A DNA stretch of 64,000 nt, taken from positions 219,358,001 to 219,422,000 of the forward strand of contig NC_086097.1 in the NCBI RefSeq assembly GCF_963921235.1, written 5' to 3'. The stretch is from Mobula hypostoma. Its lineage: Eukaryota. This document shows positions 25,615 through 38,921 of the stretch, piece by piece. Position numbers and translations under genes: made by a program. The notes beneath the pieces were generated by a model. The model saw only the letters and a program-made list of their open reading frames with translations, did not search any database and was not told where the DNA came from. How positions within the stretch are numbered: position 1 is the first letter of the stretch; the number at the start of each line of letters is the position of its first letter.

Positions 25615-28600
25615 GAGTGCAGCAACAGAAACACTTCATATATGTTGGTGCTCAGTGTCAGATGTGGGAAGTCCTGGGGACTCCCAGCCTCCTAGACAGC
25701 CACACCTGCGCCAGGTGTGTCGAGCTGCTCCTTAGGGACCGCGTTAAGGAACTGGAGATGCAGCTCGATGACTTTTGTCTGGTCAGGGAGAGTGAGGACA
25801 TGATAGAGAGGAGCTATAGGCAGGTAGTAACACTGGGGCCTTGCGAGACAGATAAGTAGGTAACAGTCAGGAGAGGGAAGGTCAGGAGTCAGAGGCTAGA
25901 GAGCACCCCTATGACTGTACTCCTTGACAATAAGCACTCCTGCTTGAGTACTGTTGGGGGAGGACGGCCTACCTGGGGGAAGCAACAGTGGCTGTGCCTC
26001 TGGCACAGAGTCTGGTCCTGTGGTTCAGAAGGGTAGGGAAAGGAAGAGGATGGCAGCGGTGATAGGGGACTCTATAGTTAGGGGGTCAGACAGGTGATTC
26101 TGTGGACGCAGGAAAGAAACACAGATGGTAGTTTGCTTATAATCGCGTCCATGGTATCCTGAAGTGGGAAAGAGAACAGCCCGATGTCGTGGTACGTATT
26201 GGTACCAATGACATAGGTAGGAAAAAGGAGGAGGTCCTGAAAGCAGACTACAGTGAGTTAGGAAGGAAGTTGAGAAGCAGGACTTCAAAGGTAGTAATCT
26301 TGGGATTAGTATAGGAATAGAGTGAGGTGGAGAATAAATGCGTGGCTGAGGGATTGGAGCAGGAGCAGGGATTCAGATTTCTGGATCATTGGGACCTCCT
26401 TTGGGGCAGGCGTGACCTGTACAAAAAGGACGGGTTGCACTTGAGTCCCAGGGAGACCAATATCCTGGCTGAGAGGTTTGCTAAGGCTATTGGGGAGAGT
26501 TTAAACTAGAATTTCTGGGGGGTGGGAACCGAACTGAAGAGACAGAGGAAGAGGCGGTTGGTTCATAAATAGAGAAAGCTTGGAGTCAGTGCGAGAACGA
26601 GGATAGGCAGGTGATAGAGAAGGGATATGCTCAGACTGATGCTTTGAGATATGTCTATTTTAATGCAGGGAGTATTATGAACAAAGCGGATGAGCTTAGA
26701 ACATGGATCAGCACTTGGAGCTATGATGTTGTGGCCATTACAGAGACTTAGATGGCTCAGGAGCAGGAATGGTTACTTTGAGTGCTGGATTTTAGATTTT
26801 TCGGAAAGGATAGGGAGGGAGGCAAAAGAGGTGAGGACATGGCACTGTTGATCAGAGATGGTGTCACAGCTGCAGAAAAGGAGGAAGACATGGAGGGATT
26901 GTCTACAGAGTCTCTGTGGGTGGAAGTTCTGAACAGGAAGGGGTTAATAACTCTACTGGGTGTTTTTTATAGACCACCCAATAGTAACAGGGAAATTGAG
27001 GAGCAAATAGGGAGACAGATTCTGGAAAGGTGTAATGATAACAGGGTTGTCATGGTGGGAGATTTTAATTTCCCAAATATCGATTGGCATATTCCGAGAG
27101 CGAGGGGTTTAGATTGGGTGGAGTTTGTTAGGTGTGTTCAGGAAGGTTTCTTAACACAACACAAGAGGAGAGGCCTACAAGAGGAGAGACTGTACTTGAT
27201 CTGGTATTAGGAAATTAACCCGGTCAGGTGTCAGATCTCTCAGTGGGAGAGCATTTTGGAGCTAGTGATCACAATTTTAACTCCTTTACCATAGCGTTGG
27301 AGGGATAGGAACTGACAATTTAGAAAAGTGTTTAATTGGAGTAAGGGGAAATATGAAGCTATCAGGCAGGGACTTGGAAGCATAAATTGGAAACAGATGT
27401 TCTCAGAGAAAGTCACGGAAGAAATATGGCAAATGTTCAGTGGATATTTGCGTGGAGTTCTGCATAGATACGTTCCAATGAGACAGGGAAAGGATGGTAG
27501 GGTACAGGAACCGTGGTGTACAAAGGCTGTTGTAAATCTAGTCAAGAAGAAAAGAAGAGCTTACAAAAGGTTCAAAAAACTAGGTAATGATAGAGATCTG
27601 GAAGGTTATAAGGCTAGCAGGAAGGAGCTTAAGAATGAAATTAGAAGAGCCAGTAGGGGCCATGAGAAGGCCTTGGTGGACAGGATTAAGGAAAACCTCA
27701 AGGCATTCTACAAGTATGTGAAGAGCAAGAGGATAAGACATGAGAGAATAAAATCAATCAAATGTGACAGTGGAAAAGTATGTATGGAACTGGTGGTAGC
27801 AGAGATACTTAATGAATACTTTGCTTCAGTATTCACTACGGAAAAGGATCTTGGCGATTATAGGGATGACTTACAGCAGACTGAAAAAATTGAGCATTCA
27901 GGAAGAGGATGTGCTGGAGCTTTTGGAAAGCATCAACTTGGATAAGTCACCGGAGCCTCTGGCGTTGATCTTTGAATCTTCAATGGGTCAGGAGAGGTTC
28001 CAGAGGATTAGAGTGTTGTGGATGTTTTTCTCTTATTCAAGAACGGAAGTAGAGATAGCCCAGGAAATTATAGACCAGTGAGTCTTACTTCAGTGGTTGG
28101 TAAGATGATGGAGAACATCCTGAAAGGCAGGATTTATGATCATTTGTAGAGGCAAAATATGATTAGGAATAGTCAGCAAGGATTTGTCAAAGGCAGGTCA
28201 TGCCTTACGAGCCTGATTGAATTTTTTGAGGATGTGACTAAACACATTGATGATGGTAGAGCAGTAGATGTAGTGTATATGGATTTCAGCAAGGCATTTG
28301 ATAAGGTACCCCATATAAGCTAATTGAGAAAGTGAGGAGGTATGGGATCCAAGGAGACATTACTTTGTGGATCCAGAACTGGATTGCTCACAGAAGGCAA
28401 AGTGTAGTTGTAGATGGGTCATATTCTGCATGGAGGTCAGTGACCAACGGTGTGCCTCAGGAATCTGTTCTGGGACCTCTACTCTTTGTGATTTTTATAA
28501 ATGACCTGGATGAGGAAGTGGAGGAATGGGTTAGTAAATTTGTCGATGACACAAAGGTTGGGGGTGTTGTGGATAGTGTGGAGATCTGTCAGCGGTTACA

Positions 28601-29417
28601 GCAGGACATTGATAGGATATAAAACTGGGCTGAGAAGTAGCAGATGGGGTTCAACCCAGATAAGTGTGAGGTGGTTCATTTTGGTAGGACAAGTATGATG
28701 GCAGAATATAGTATTAATGGTAAGACTCTTGGCAGTGTGGAGGATCAGAGGGATCTTGGGGTCCGAGTCCATAAGCCACTCAAAACTGCTGCGCAGGTTG
28801 ACTGTGTGGTTAAGAAGGCCTATGGTGCATTGGCCTTCATCGATCGTGGGATTGAGTTTAGGAGCCAAGAGGTAATGTTGCAGCTATATAGGACCCTGGT
28901 CAGACCCCACTTGGAGTATTATGCTCAGTTCTGGTCACCTCACTACAGGAAGGATGTGGAGACCATAGAAAGGGTGCAGAGGAGATTTACAAGGATGTTG
29001 CCTGGATTGGGGACCATGCCTTATGAGAATAGGTTGAGTGAACTCGCCCTTTTCTCCTTGGAGCGACGGAGTATGAGAGGTGACCTCATAGAGGTGTATA
29101 AGATAATGAGAGGCATTGATCGTGTGGATAGTCAGAGGCTTTTTCCCTGGGCTGAAATGGCTAGTACGAGAGAGCATAGTGCCAGGGGTAAGTTTTTTAT
29201 GCAAATAGTGGTGAGTGCGTGGAATAGGCTGTCAACGACGGTGGTGGAGGTGGATGCAATAGGGTCGTGTCAGAGACTCTTGGATAGGCACATGGAGCTT
29301 AGAAAAATGGAGGGCTATGGGTAATCCTAGGTAATTTCTAAGGTAAGGAATTGTTCAGCACAGCTTTGTGGGCCGAAGGGCATGTATTGTGCTGTAGGTT
29401 TTCTATGTTTCTATGTA
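25615..29417 (+). mobile_element. Near full-length CR1 LINE (ORF1 zinc finger/zipper/SGNH esterase; ORF2 APE endonuclease-RT), inactivated
   Basis: ORF1: QCQMWEV..HTCARC, IGDSIVRG, IGTNDIG, LYKKDGLHL. ORF2: GVFYRPP, GDFNFPNIDW, DFSKAFDKV, GVPQESVLGP, SKFVDD. Several stops and frameshifts. TTCTATGT tail. Confidence 0.95.
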
Positions 29418-29783
29418 AGTCAAGGGAGAACAACCCATCTGCACTCAGAGTGATGAAGGACTATCTCTGTTCAGGTCTCCACTCCATGCTTGATGGCCAA
29501 TGATGTGGTCAGATGATGCAGGATTTTGGCCTGTCCCAGTTCGGTGGAACCCAGGATTGGATGTCAATGCAAGCAGAAGGCACGTGAAGTACTAGGGCTG
29601 ATGAATCAGTGTGGCCAGAGTTTGAGCTTGGATGTCGAGCTCCCATCATCAGCTAGTCTGGGGATTGATATCAAATATCGAAGCCAAGACACCAACTAGA
29701 AGTCTGGAAGTCAAAGCACAATGCTGAACACTGGAGGCCTGGAGGACTGTCCATCTGTGTGGTTGGGTGGAAGAGAGAAATGA

Positions 29784-30165
29784 GAAACTGGACTCTCTGA
29801 CGGTGGTGTCTGAAAAGAAGATGCTGTCTAAGTTGCATGCCATCTTGGACAATGTCTCCCGTCCACTACATAATGTACTGGGTGGGCACAGAAGTACATT
29901 CAGCCAGAGACTCATTTCACTGAGATGCAACACAGAGCGCCATAGGAAGTCATTCCTGCCTGTGGCTATCAAACTTTACAACTCCTCCCTTGGAGGGTCG
30001 GACAACCTGAGCCAATAGGCTGGTCCTGGACTTATTTCCCGGCATAATTTACATATTACTATTTAACTATTTATGGTTTTATTACTATTTATTATTTATG
30101 GTGCAATTGTAACGAAAACCAATTTCCCCCGGGATCAATAAAGTATGACTATGACTATGGCTATG
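29784..30165 (+). mobile_element. Rex1-like 3' end, same subfamily as 7407-9400
   Basis: Near-identical peptide LDNVS.PLHNVL.GHRSTFSQRLI and (ATGACT)n tail. Confidence 0.9.
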
Positions 30166-31148
30166 AGAGAGTTTTGCTGTTGCTACTTTGTTGCTTGTTG
30201 TATTCAGTGTTGCTCTGATCATTGTGGGTGTGCTATGTTGGTGCCAGAATGTGTGGTGCACTTGTGGGCAACCTCCAGCACGTCCTTGGTTGCTAAAGCA
30301 AATGATGCATTTCACTGTATGCTCACTTGTACATGTGATAAATAAATCTGATCTGAATTTGATTTGCATTTTCAATAACCATTCTCTTCACCACTAGTGC
30401 ATTGCTGTTGTGGTGTTTACCAGCTTCAGTCACTCACCTGGTTTACCCTGACAGCTTCTCCAGATACCCCTTCAAATTGCACACTGTCCTCTTTTGGGAG
30501 TCCATCACTGGCTCTTCATCATCGTTGAGCATAAGTCCCAAGGTAATGATATTGAGGAAGTACATTTGCTGATTGAAGAAAATGCCCAAACATCATCACA
30601 AAGGTAATTAGAGTTGGGAAATAAATGATGGTCTTGACAACAATGCACAGATTCTGAAAAATAAATAAAATAAAAAGAAACATGGCACATGGGTGATAGA
30701 AAAATAGATGGTTATGTAGGAGGGAATGGTTAAGTTGATATCAGAGTAGGTGGAACAGTCAGCTGAAAGACCTGTACTATGTTCTAAGTTCTAAGTATGG
30801 AAGGGGTACTTTGGTTCACGAAGGATATGTTGGTGTGTTGAATCAGTGGAGTGAAAATTGACAAAAGTAATTCAAAAGTTAAGGAGATATTCTTTAAAGG
30901 ATGATTGAGCATGTTTGGTTTATATTCTCTCGAGATTCTTTCACTGTAGCATACCAGATGCTCGGAGAAATTGATAAGTAAATGCAGGTAAATGCAGTGA
31001 ACCTATTTTGTTTAGCTGAAGGTTTTGGAATTAAATGATACAATCTCAGAATAGGGAGCTGACCATTGGTGGCTGAGGAGGAAATTTTTGTTTATACAGT
31101 AAGCTGTAAATCTTTGGAATTATCTTCTGTAGTAGGCTGCACATATAA

Positions 31149-31615
31149 AACCTTATTTATACTTCTGCGTCAAATGTGCGCTGTAGGTACAGTGTACCCT
31201 ACGCCGTAGGGTGACGTGCTCCTTCCCAAAAATGTAACTCACGCGTCGCGGCGACGCAGACTGCAACAACTGTGCTTGGTCCGCTTGGTAGCATCGCATT
31301 CCCTCATATGCATTTCTGGTTCCTTTTCTCCGCCATGTCTGTACACTGATGCGAAATAAATGGTTGGAGACGATGAACCAAATCGTCACATCTACCTGCC
31401 GACATCCGAAAATATTTGAAATGCATTTCCTCGTCCATGTCTCTCATGAAAAAGCTCAACACAGTGGCATAGAAACCTCACCGCCAACTAGCGTTCTGGT
31501 GGTGAATTGCAGAGCGACGCAGACACAACTATGCAAGCTCGCTATGGCGTAGGGCTACGCGAAAGTATAAATCAGGCCTACGGCGTAGCCCATGCACACA
31601 AGTATAAATCAGCCT
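31149..31615. mobile_element. PIF/Harbinger-type MITE
   Basis: TIR core ATTTATACTT...AAGTATAAAT, TAA/TTA flanks, CpG-rich body, no ORF of note. Confidence 0.7.
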
Positions 31616-32717
31616 TTAGTCACTGACCATATTCAAGACAGTGACTGGTATTTTGTCAGGGGACTAGTTATATGCTGTTTGGCCTAGGTCTTATTTCTTC
31701 ATGAACTGCAAAATCAATGATTAATAAAGGCAACTCGAGTGCAACTAAAGATATAATAAAAATGACCTTAACAGCAAGCCCCATCTTTAGTTCTAGACAT
31801 TCTACTTGTTCTATACACTGGATCTGAGCAAACAAAGATAACACGAAAGTAAATACTATGATATTAATTCTGCAGAATCTAAGATATACTCTATGAGGTC
31901 TAGGAATCCACTTATTTTCTTCAATGGTTCTCCCAATACTTGTATGTGACTGATCAAAGCATAATTGAATACACAGGCAGGGGTGGGGGCAACCGTGTTG
32001 GATGTTCATGATATTACAAACTGCATTGTGTTGGCTAGTTTGAGAAAGCTGGGAGTGAAACGTATTGGCGTCATCGCAAACTGCTCATTATTTCAGTTCT
32101 TCCAAGATGGATATACCCCCCACAACCAAGGTTAGCTCATCCAACAATTGTATTTTAAGACAGGGTTTTTGAGATCTGAGTCCAGGAGCTAGGCACTACC
32201 TTACATATGCAGAGCACCAGGTCCTTGCTGTTGAATCACACATGTGGTCAGGCACACCTATAAGGAGACTGTTTGGTAGGATCAGGGGAATGGGCACTGA
32301 CATTGGCAGTCTTCTGACAAGATGGTGCTGGCAACCAACGGTGACATTTTTCAGGCAGCTCATAAAACTACCAGGTACTCCAGTAGATATAGTTCTGAAC
32401 TGCAATCACTGCAATCTGTAGCCTGTAGTTTACCTTTTAAGGACGTACTTCTGAATCATCTAAATGATCTGGTGCTTTTAAAATCCTCCTGGGGGTGTTC
32501 GGCGAACTAGACTCTCAAGAGTGCAAGTATGGCCATTGCTGTTGAGTTGAGGCCTGATAGTGGGAGATAAACCCGAGCTTGGCTCCATTTCTTCACACCG
32601 ATTAAAGCATCAAGCAAGATTAAAATCGTCGAGTCTGATAGCTGAAAACAGACAGGTGTTCAACGTCATCTGCCTGCATTTGACTGGTCTCTCTCTCTCT
32701 TTTGTCACTACTACAAC

Positions 32718-33060
32718 CAGCTGGGAGGTACAGGAGCCTTGGGCCCAAACCGCCAGGTTCAGAAACAGTTGTTACCTTGGGACCATCGGGTTCTTGGACC
32801 AACGTCACTCACCTCCGTGCGAAACTGGCTCCGGAGCTATGGACTCACTTTAGGGGACACTGAAGTTACTTGTTTACTTTTTTACTATTTGCACGATTTG
32901 TCCTCTTTTGTACATTGGATATGTGGCAGTCTTTGTTGTGTGTGGTTTTTCATTAATTCTATTGTGTTTCTTTGTTTTGTGAGTGCTTCGAAGAAGATGA
33001 ATCTCAAGGTTGTACATGATATACATACAGTACTTTGATAATAAATTTGAACTTTGAACT
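32718..33060 (+). mobile_element. Rex1-like 3' end
   Basis: ARFRNSCY plus 3'UTR ending tttgaactttgaact. Confidence 0.7.
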
Positions 33061-33179
33061 CTGTCTTGGCATGATTATTAAACTAGTTCTCTAACCATCA
33101 AATAGACAGGATTGTCTGCCCTTGCTCCCACCTTTGACTATCACTTTCTAGGTGGGAATCTCAGTGCCAAGCAGACCAT

Positions 33180-33600
33180 CCCTCCTGCTCAGCGTAATGG
33201 ATAATTGGTAGCCTAAAACATGCCGCTCATTTCTTTGATTTGCCTTGAGTGATTGCAGCAAATCAGGAAATCCTTTAAATACATGAGAGCTCAGCCCAGA
33301 GCTATCACCCTTCCCTTTGATTTCAAAAATGCACAAAATTACATTCAATGTTAATCAAGGCTGTCAATCAAATTGGATTTCAAAGGGATTACAATGAATC
33401 ATACATCTTTGAGACACAGAAAAACTATCGTAATGAATATAGTTCTTGGTCATAATGTATAATGATTAGAGAGGCCTTAGTAATGACTGCTGCAATAGAC
33501 AATTATGATAGTTGGTTAGCAATGTTAATTAATTTCTTCATCAAGTAGATTTTCTGTCTACTTATTTAACAGGTGAGTCATCGTCCTTTGAAATCAATGT
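33180..33600. promoter_or_regulatory. Candidate enhancer (TCF/LEF, PBX-MEIS and AP-1 motifs)
   Basis: CTTTGAW at 33233, 33315, 33379 (rc) and 33586. CTGTCAATCA at 33361-33370. TGAGTCA at 33574-33580. No recognisable repeat. Confidence 0.35.
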
Positions 33601-33894
33601 TTATGCAAGTGAGATTTAGCAAGCAGTGTATTCTCTCAGACAGCTGTCATGAAGATTTTATAAACATTTTGCCATAAGGACGTAGCTTTTAACATAAGGG
33701 AAAGATTGCCATAAAATCTATGAAATGAAATGATCTTAAATTGGAACAGGAGGTATCTTCATTTTCATTCCAAAAAAGAACAGCTAGATAGGTACAGTAG
33801 TTTCAGTTTATGCCATTGATCTAGTGACTTGTATGCTCACACCCCCTGTAAACCGAAGTGTTAAATGTTATTAACAATAAAATACCACAAAATT

Positions 33895-34250
33895 AGTCCC
33901 TTTCCTTCCCCAATCTGGCTTTGCTCTTACCCCTTTCTCCCATGGTCCACTCTCCTCTCCTATCAGATTATTTCTTCCTCAGCCCTTCACCTTTTCCACC
34001 TATCACCTCCCAGCTTCTCACTTTATCTCCCCTCCCCCACCCACCTGGCTTTAACTATCACCTTCTATCTTGCACTCCTACCCCTCCCCGCCCCCCCACC
34101 TTCTCATTCTCGCTTCTAGCTTTCCCTTTTCAGACCTGATGAAGAGTCTTGGTCCGAAATGTCAACTGTTTCTGCCTGGCCTGCTGAGCTTCACCAGCAT
34201 TTTGTGTGTGTTGCTCTGGATTTCCAGCATCTGCAGAATCTCTTGTGGTT
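33895..34250 (+). mobile_element. PLE 3' end (C/T-rich UTR, decayed hammerhead, tail)
   Basis: CTGATGA at 34136-34142, then gaaatgtc, then ccagcattttgtgtgtgttgc..ccagcatctgcag. Confidence 0.8.
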
Positions 34251-35454
34251 ATCATTAACAATAACTCTGTATTTTCTGGCCCAATAGAAGAAAAATTGAA
34301 ACAAGATGTGTTGGATTATAAACCCAATCTGTTCAAAACGTACTTCAGAAACAGGAATCTGCAGTCCTCTCCCACTCTAGTCTATGTCTGACTCAATTCC
34401 ATATTATGGAGTCAACTCTTCTTTCCCCCCGAGCTATGTTTATGATACCTGTGAAGAACTGACAATTTTACACTTAATATGTTATAGTTTGTGCTTCTTC
34501 TCTTCTGTTTATAACTGGCTTCTCCGCTAAATATCTACTCAATCATTCCATGTTTATTGAAAATTGCTGTATATCATTGTTAAATCATTACTAAGATGTA
34601 TGTGGATCATAAAGTTAGGTCTCTACATTGGAAAGACAAAAACAGTTTTGTTGCAGAACAATTTTATTGCAAAACAGTTTTATTTATTCATGCTTTTTAT
34701 TTCCACAATTTATATTTTATTTCACAAGGATGATCCTTAGAAATGCTAGTATTCCAGACATTTTGCATTTTGGTAAAAATTATATTCTAAGTACTATTTG
34801 ACTTTCCTTATTGATGAGAGGGATGTAGTTTCTGGAACAAGTTATCCAAATGCAGCCAGGAAATTTGGCCAATTAATTTGAAACATCTAACCCATATCTG
34901 TTTGAATTGGAACATTCTGCAGTCTGATATTTACCAATTTACTCCATTTGACATTCCAATCCACCAATGACTTTACTCCTCTGCTCCAGATAAAACATAT
35001 CACTTTCCAGCTCAGGTGGCTCAGAACCACGGAACTGTTTACTGGAGGCTGGAGAATAGAAGGGAAATGAAATGTAGCACTTACCAAGTACACTGGAACA
35101 ATAAGAAACTGAAAGAATCTGCTGTTAGTAAAAGTTGTATAATTATTAAAACTGGTCTGTTACTCATCTCGGACAACAATTAATCTAGTTGTTTCCCTCA
35201 GTTAATGTCTTCAGATTCTCAGAGTTGGCACGGTAGTGGCATTTTTATGACTGCATTTAATCCATTCCAGAACTGAGCATATAATCTGTACTGCCACTTC
35301 AGTGCAGAATAGATTGAATGCTGTTATGTCATATGTACCTTATAGTCTACATTATAATAAGGGACTACTTTATATTGTAGGAACACGTCATTGTATGCAC
35401 TATTAGGCGCGTATTGATCTGTACGTGTGTGCCGAGTTTGGATTCTGCCAGTAA

Positions 35455-38340
35455 AGAACATAGATATAGAATAGTACTGCACAGTACAGGCCCTTCAGCC
35501 CACAATGCTGTGCCAACCCTCAAACCCTGCCTCCCATATAAGCCCCCACCTTAAATTCCTCCATATACCTGTCTAGTAGTCTCTTAAACTTCACTAGTAT
35601 ATCTGCCTCCACCACTGACTAAAGCAGTGCATTCCATGCACCAACCACTCTCTGAATAAAAATCCTTCCTCTAATATCCACCTTGAACTTCCCACACCTT
35701 ACCTTAAAGCCATGTCCTCTTGTATTGAGCAGTGGTGCCCTGGGGAAGAGGCACTGGCTATCCACTCTATCTATTCCTCTTATTATCTTGTACACCTCTA
35801 TCATGTCTCCTCTCATCCTCCTTCTCTCCAAAGAGTAAAGCCCTAGCTCCCTTAATCTCTGATCATAATACATACTCTCTACACCAGGCAGCATTCTGGT
35901 AAATCTCCTCTGTACCCTTTCCAATGCTTCCACATCTTTCCTACAGTGAGGCGACCAGAACTGGACCCAATACTCCAAGTGTGGCCTAACCAGAGTTTTA
36001 TAGAGCTGCATCATTACATCGCGACTCTTAAACACTATCCCTCGACTTATGAAAGCTAACGCCCCATAAGCTTTCTTAACTACCCTATCCACCTGTGAGG
36101 CAACTTTCAGGGATCTGTGGACATGTACCCCCAGATCCCTTTGCTCCTCCACACTACCAAGTATCCTGCCATTTACTTTGTACTCTGCCTTGGAGTTTGT
36201 CCTTCCAAAGTGTACCACCTCACTCTTCTCCAGGTTGAACTCCATCTGCCACTTCTCAGCCCACTTCTGTATCCTATCAATGTCTCTCTGCAATCTTTGA
36301 CAATCCTCTACACTATCTACAACACCACCAACCTTTGTGTCATCTGCAAACTTGCCAACCCTCCCTTCTACCCCCACATCCAGGTCATTAATAAAAATCA
36401 CGAAAAGTAGAGGTCCCAGAACAGATCCTTGTGGGACACCACTAGTCACAATCCTCCAATCTGAATGTAATCCCTCCACCACAACCCTCTGCCTTCTGCA
36501 GGCAAGCCAATTCTAAATCCACCTGGCCAAACTTCCCTGGATCCCATGCCTTCTGACTTTCTGAATAAGCCTACCATGTGGAACCTTGTCAAATGCATTA
36601 CTAAAATCCATATAGATCACATCCACTGCACTACCCTCATCTATATGCCTGGTCACCTCCTCAAAGAACTCTATCAGGCTTGTTAGACACAATCTGCTCT
36701 TCACAAAGCCATGCTGACTGTCCCTGATCAGTCCATGATTCTCTAAATGCCCATAGATCCTATCTCTAAGAATCTTTTCCAACAGCGTTCCCACCACAGA
36801 CGTAAGGCTCACTGGTCTATAATTACCCGGACTATCCCTCCTACCTTTTTTGAACAAGGGGACAACATTCGCCTCCCTCCAATCCTCTGGTACCATTCCC
36901 GTGGACAACGAGGACATAAAGATCCTAGCCAGAGGCTCAACAATCTCTTCCCTCGCCTCGTGGAGCAGCCTGGGGAATATTCCGTCAGGCCCCGGGGACT
37001 TATTCGTCTTAATGTATTTTAACAACTCTAACACCTCCTCTCCCTTAATATCAACATGCTCCAGAACATCAACCTCACTCATATTGTCCTCATCATCTTG
37101 GTGAATACCGAACAGAAGTATTCATTGAGGACCTCGCTCACTTCCACAGCCTCCAGGCACATCTTCCCACCTTTATCTCTAATCGGTCCTACCTTCATTC
37201 CTGTCATCCTTTTTTTCTTCACATAATTGAAGAATGCCTTGGGGTTTTCCTTTACCCTACTCGCCAAGGCCTTCTCATGCCCCCTTCTTGCTCTTCTCAG
37301 CCCCTTCTTAAGCTCCTTTCTTGCTTCCCTATATTCCTCAATAGACCCATCTGATCCTTGTTTCCTGAACCTCATGTATGCTGCCTTCAGCCATGATCAT
37401 ACAGAATGGAGGTGCGGGCTCGAAGGGCCGAATGGCCTACTCCTGCACTTATTTTCTATGTTTCTATGTTTCTTCCACCTGACTAGATTTTCCACCTCAC
37501 TTGTCACCCATGGTTCCTTCACCCTACCATTCTTTATCTTCCTCACCGGGACAAATTTATCCCTAACATTCTTCAAGAGATCTCTAAACATCAACCACAT
37601 GTCCATAGTAAATTTCCCTGCAAAAACATCATCCCAATTCACAACCTCAAGTTCTAACCTTATAGCCTCATAATTTGCCCTTCCCCAATTAAAAATTTTC
37701 CTGTCCTCTCTGATTCTATCATTTTCCATGATAATGCTAAAGGCCAGGGAGCAGTGGTCACTGTTCCCCAGAAGCTCACACACTGAGAGATCTGTGACCT
37801 GAACCGGTTTATTAACTAGTACTAGATCTAGTATGGCATTCCCCCTAGTCGGCCTGTCCACATACTGTGACAGGAATCCGTCCTGGACACACTTAACAAA
37901 CTCTGCCCTATCTAAACCCTTGGAATTAATCAGGTGTCAATCAACATTAGGGAAGTTAAAGTCACCCATGATAACAACCCTGTTATTTTTGCACCTTTCC
38001 AAAATCTGCCTCTCAATCTGCTCCTCTGTATCTCTGCTGCTACCAGGGGGCATATAGAATACCCCCAGTAGAGTAACTGCTCCCTTCCTGTTCCTGGCTT
38101 CCACCCATATTGACTCAAAAGAGGATCCTGCTACATTACCCACTTGTGACTCTGTGAGAGAGGGGAGTTCCCCCAAGACTGCTACATCTCACATGAGAGG
38201 CACATCACCGTCTCAGGAGACATTGTAAAAACTATCTGCGAGCAAGCTTGTCCTCCGCCTCTTCTCGTCGAAGCCTCTCGAGTCAAAGCCTCAAAGCTCC
38301 ACTCCTTCACTGGCCCACTCACTCTCTGGCCCACACCGTG
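35455..38340 (-). mobile_element. CR1 LINE retaining its 5' end, with internal deletion of most of ORF1
   Basis: RT ORFs 35619-36482 (GVPQGSVLGP, KFADD) and 36513-37082. Endonuclease 37397-38140. ORF1 start MSPETVMCLSCEM near 38223. Confidence 0.92.
37388..37470 (+). mobile_element. ~80-bp CR1 3' tail inserted into a CR1
   Basis: cagccatgatcat...gctcgaagggccgaatggcctactcctgcac..ttctatgtttctatg, shared with 15135-15212 and 44720-44812. Confidence 0.8.
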
Positions 38341-38921
38341 AAACCATGAAAGAACCATAAAACTTAGCTCCCATCTCCAGCGTTTTTATTAATAGCATTG
38401 TTGTGTAACCAGGCCACATACACAACATCATACATGCCAGTTTTAGATAAGATATTAAACTGAGGCTATGTCTATCCACTTTCGTTGATCCAAAGGTTCC
38501 ATGGTGAAATTCTTAATTCTCTAATGAAGATAATTTGCCATTTGGAACTTACTGCGTTGTTTTGGGGACTTTTTTTTCTGTTAAAAGTGGTATGTTGCAT
38601 GTCTCAGTTCTCTCTACATTTTTACCATAGTCACAATATTGCCATGGGGCAATACAGCATGGAGACAGGCCCTTTGTTTCAACAAGTCCATGCTGACCAT
38701 GGTGCCCACTCAGCTAGTCCCAATTCTTGCACTCAGTCCATATCCCTCTAGGCTCCATCCTTCCATGTAACTTTCCAAGTGCATCTGAAATGATGTTGTT
38801 GTTCCTATCTCAGTCACTTTTTCTGGCAGCTCATTCCATATACTCACCACCCTCTGTGAAGAAGTTGCACCTCAGGTCCCTTTTAAATCCTCCTCCCTCT
38901 CACTCTAAACTTACACTCCCG

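Noticed and set aside
32097..32130. Possible 34-nt + strand exon
   Set aside because: The polypyrimidine tract is short, the donor (GTTAGC) is moderate, and no peptide is recognisable. Chance is likely.
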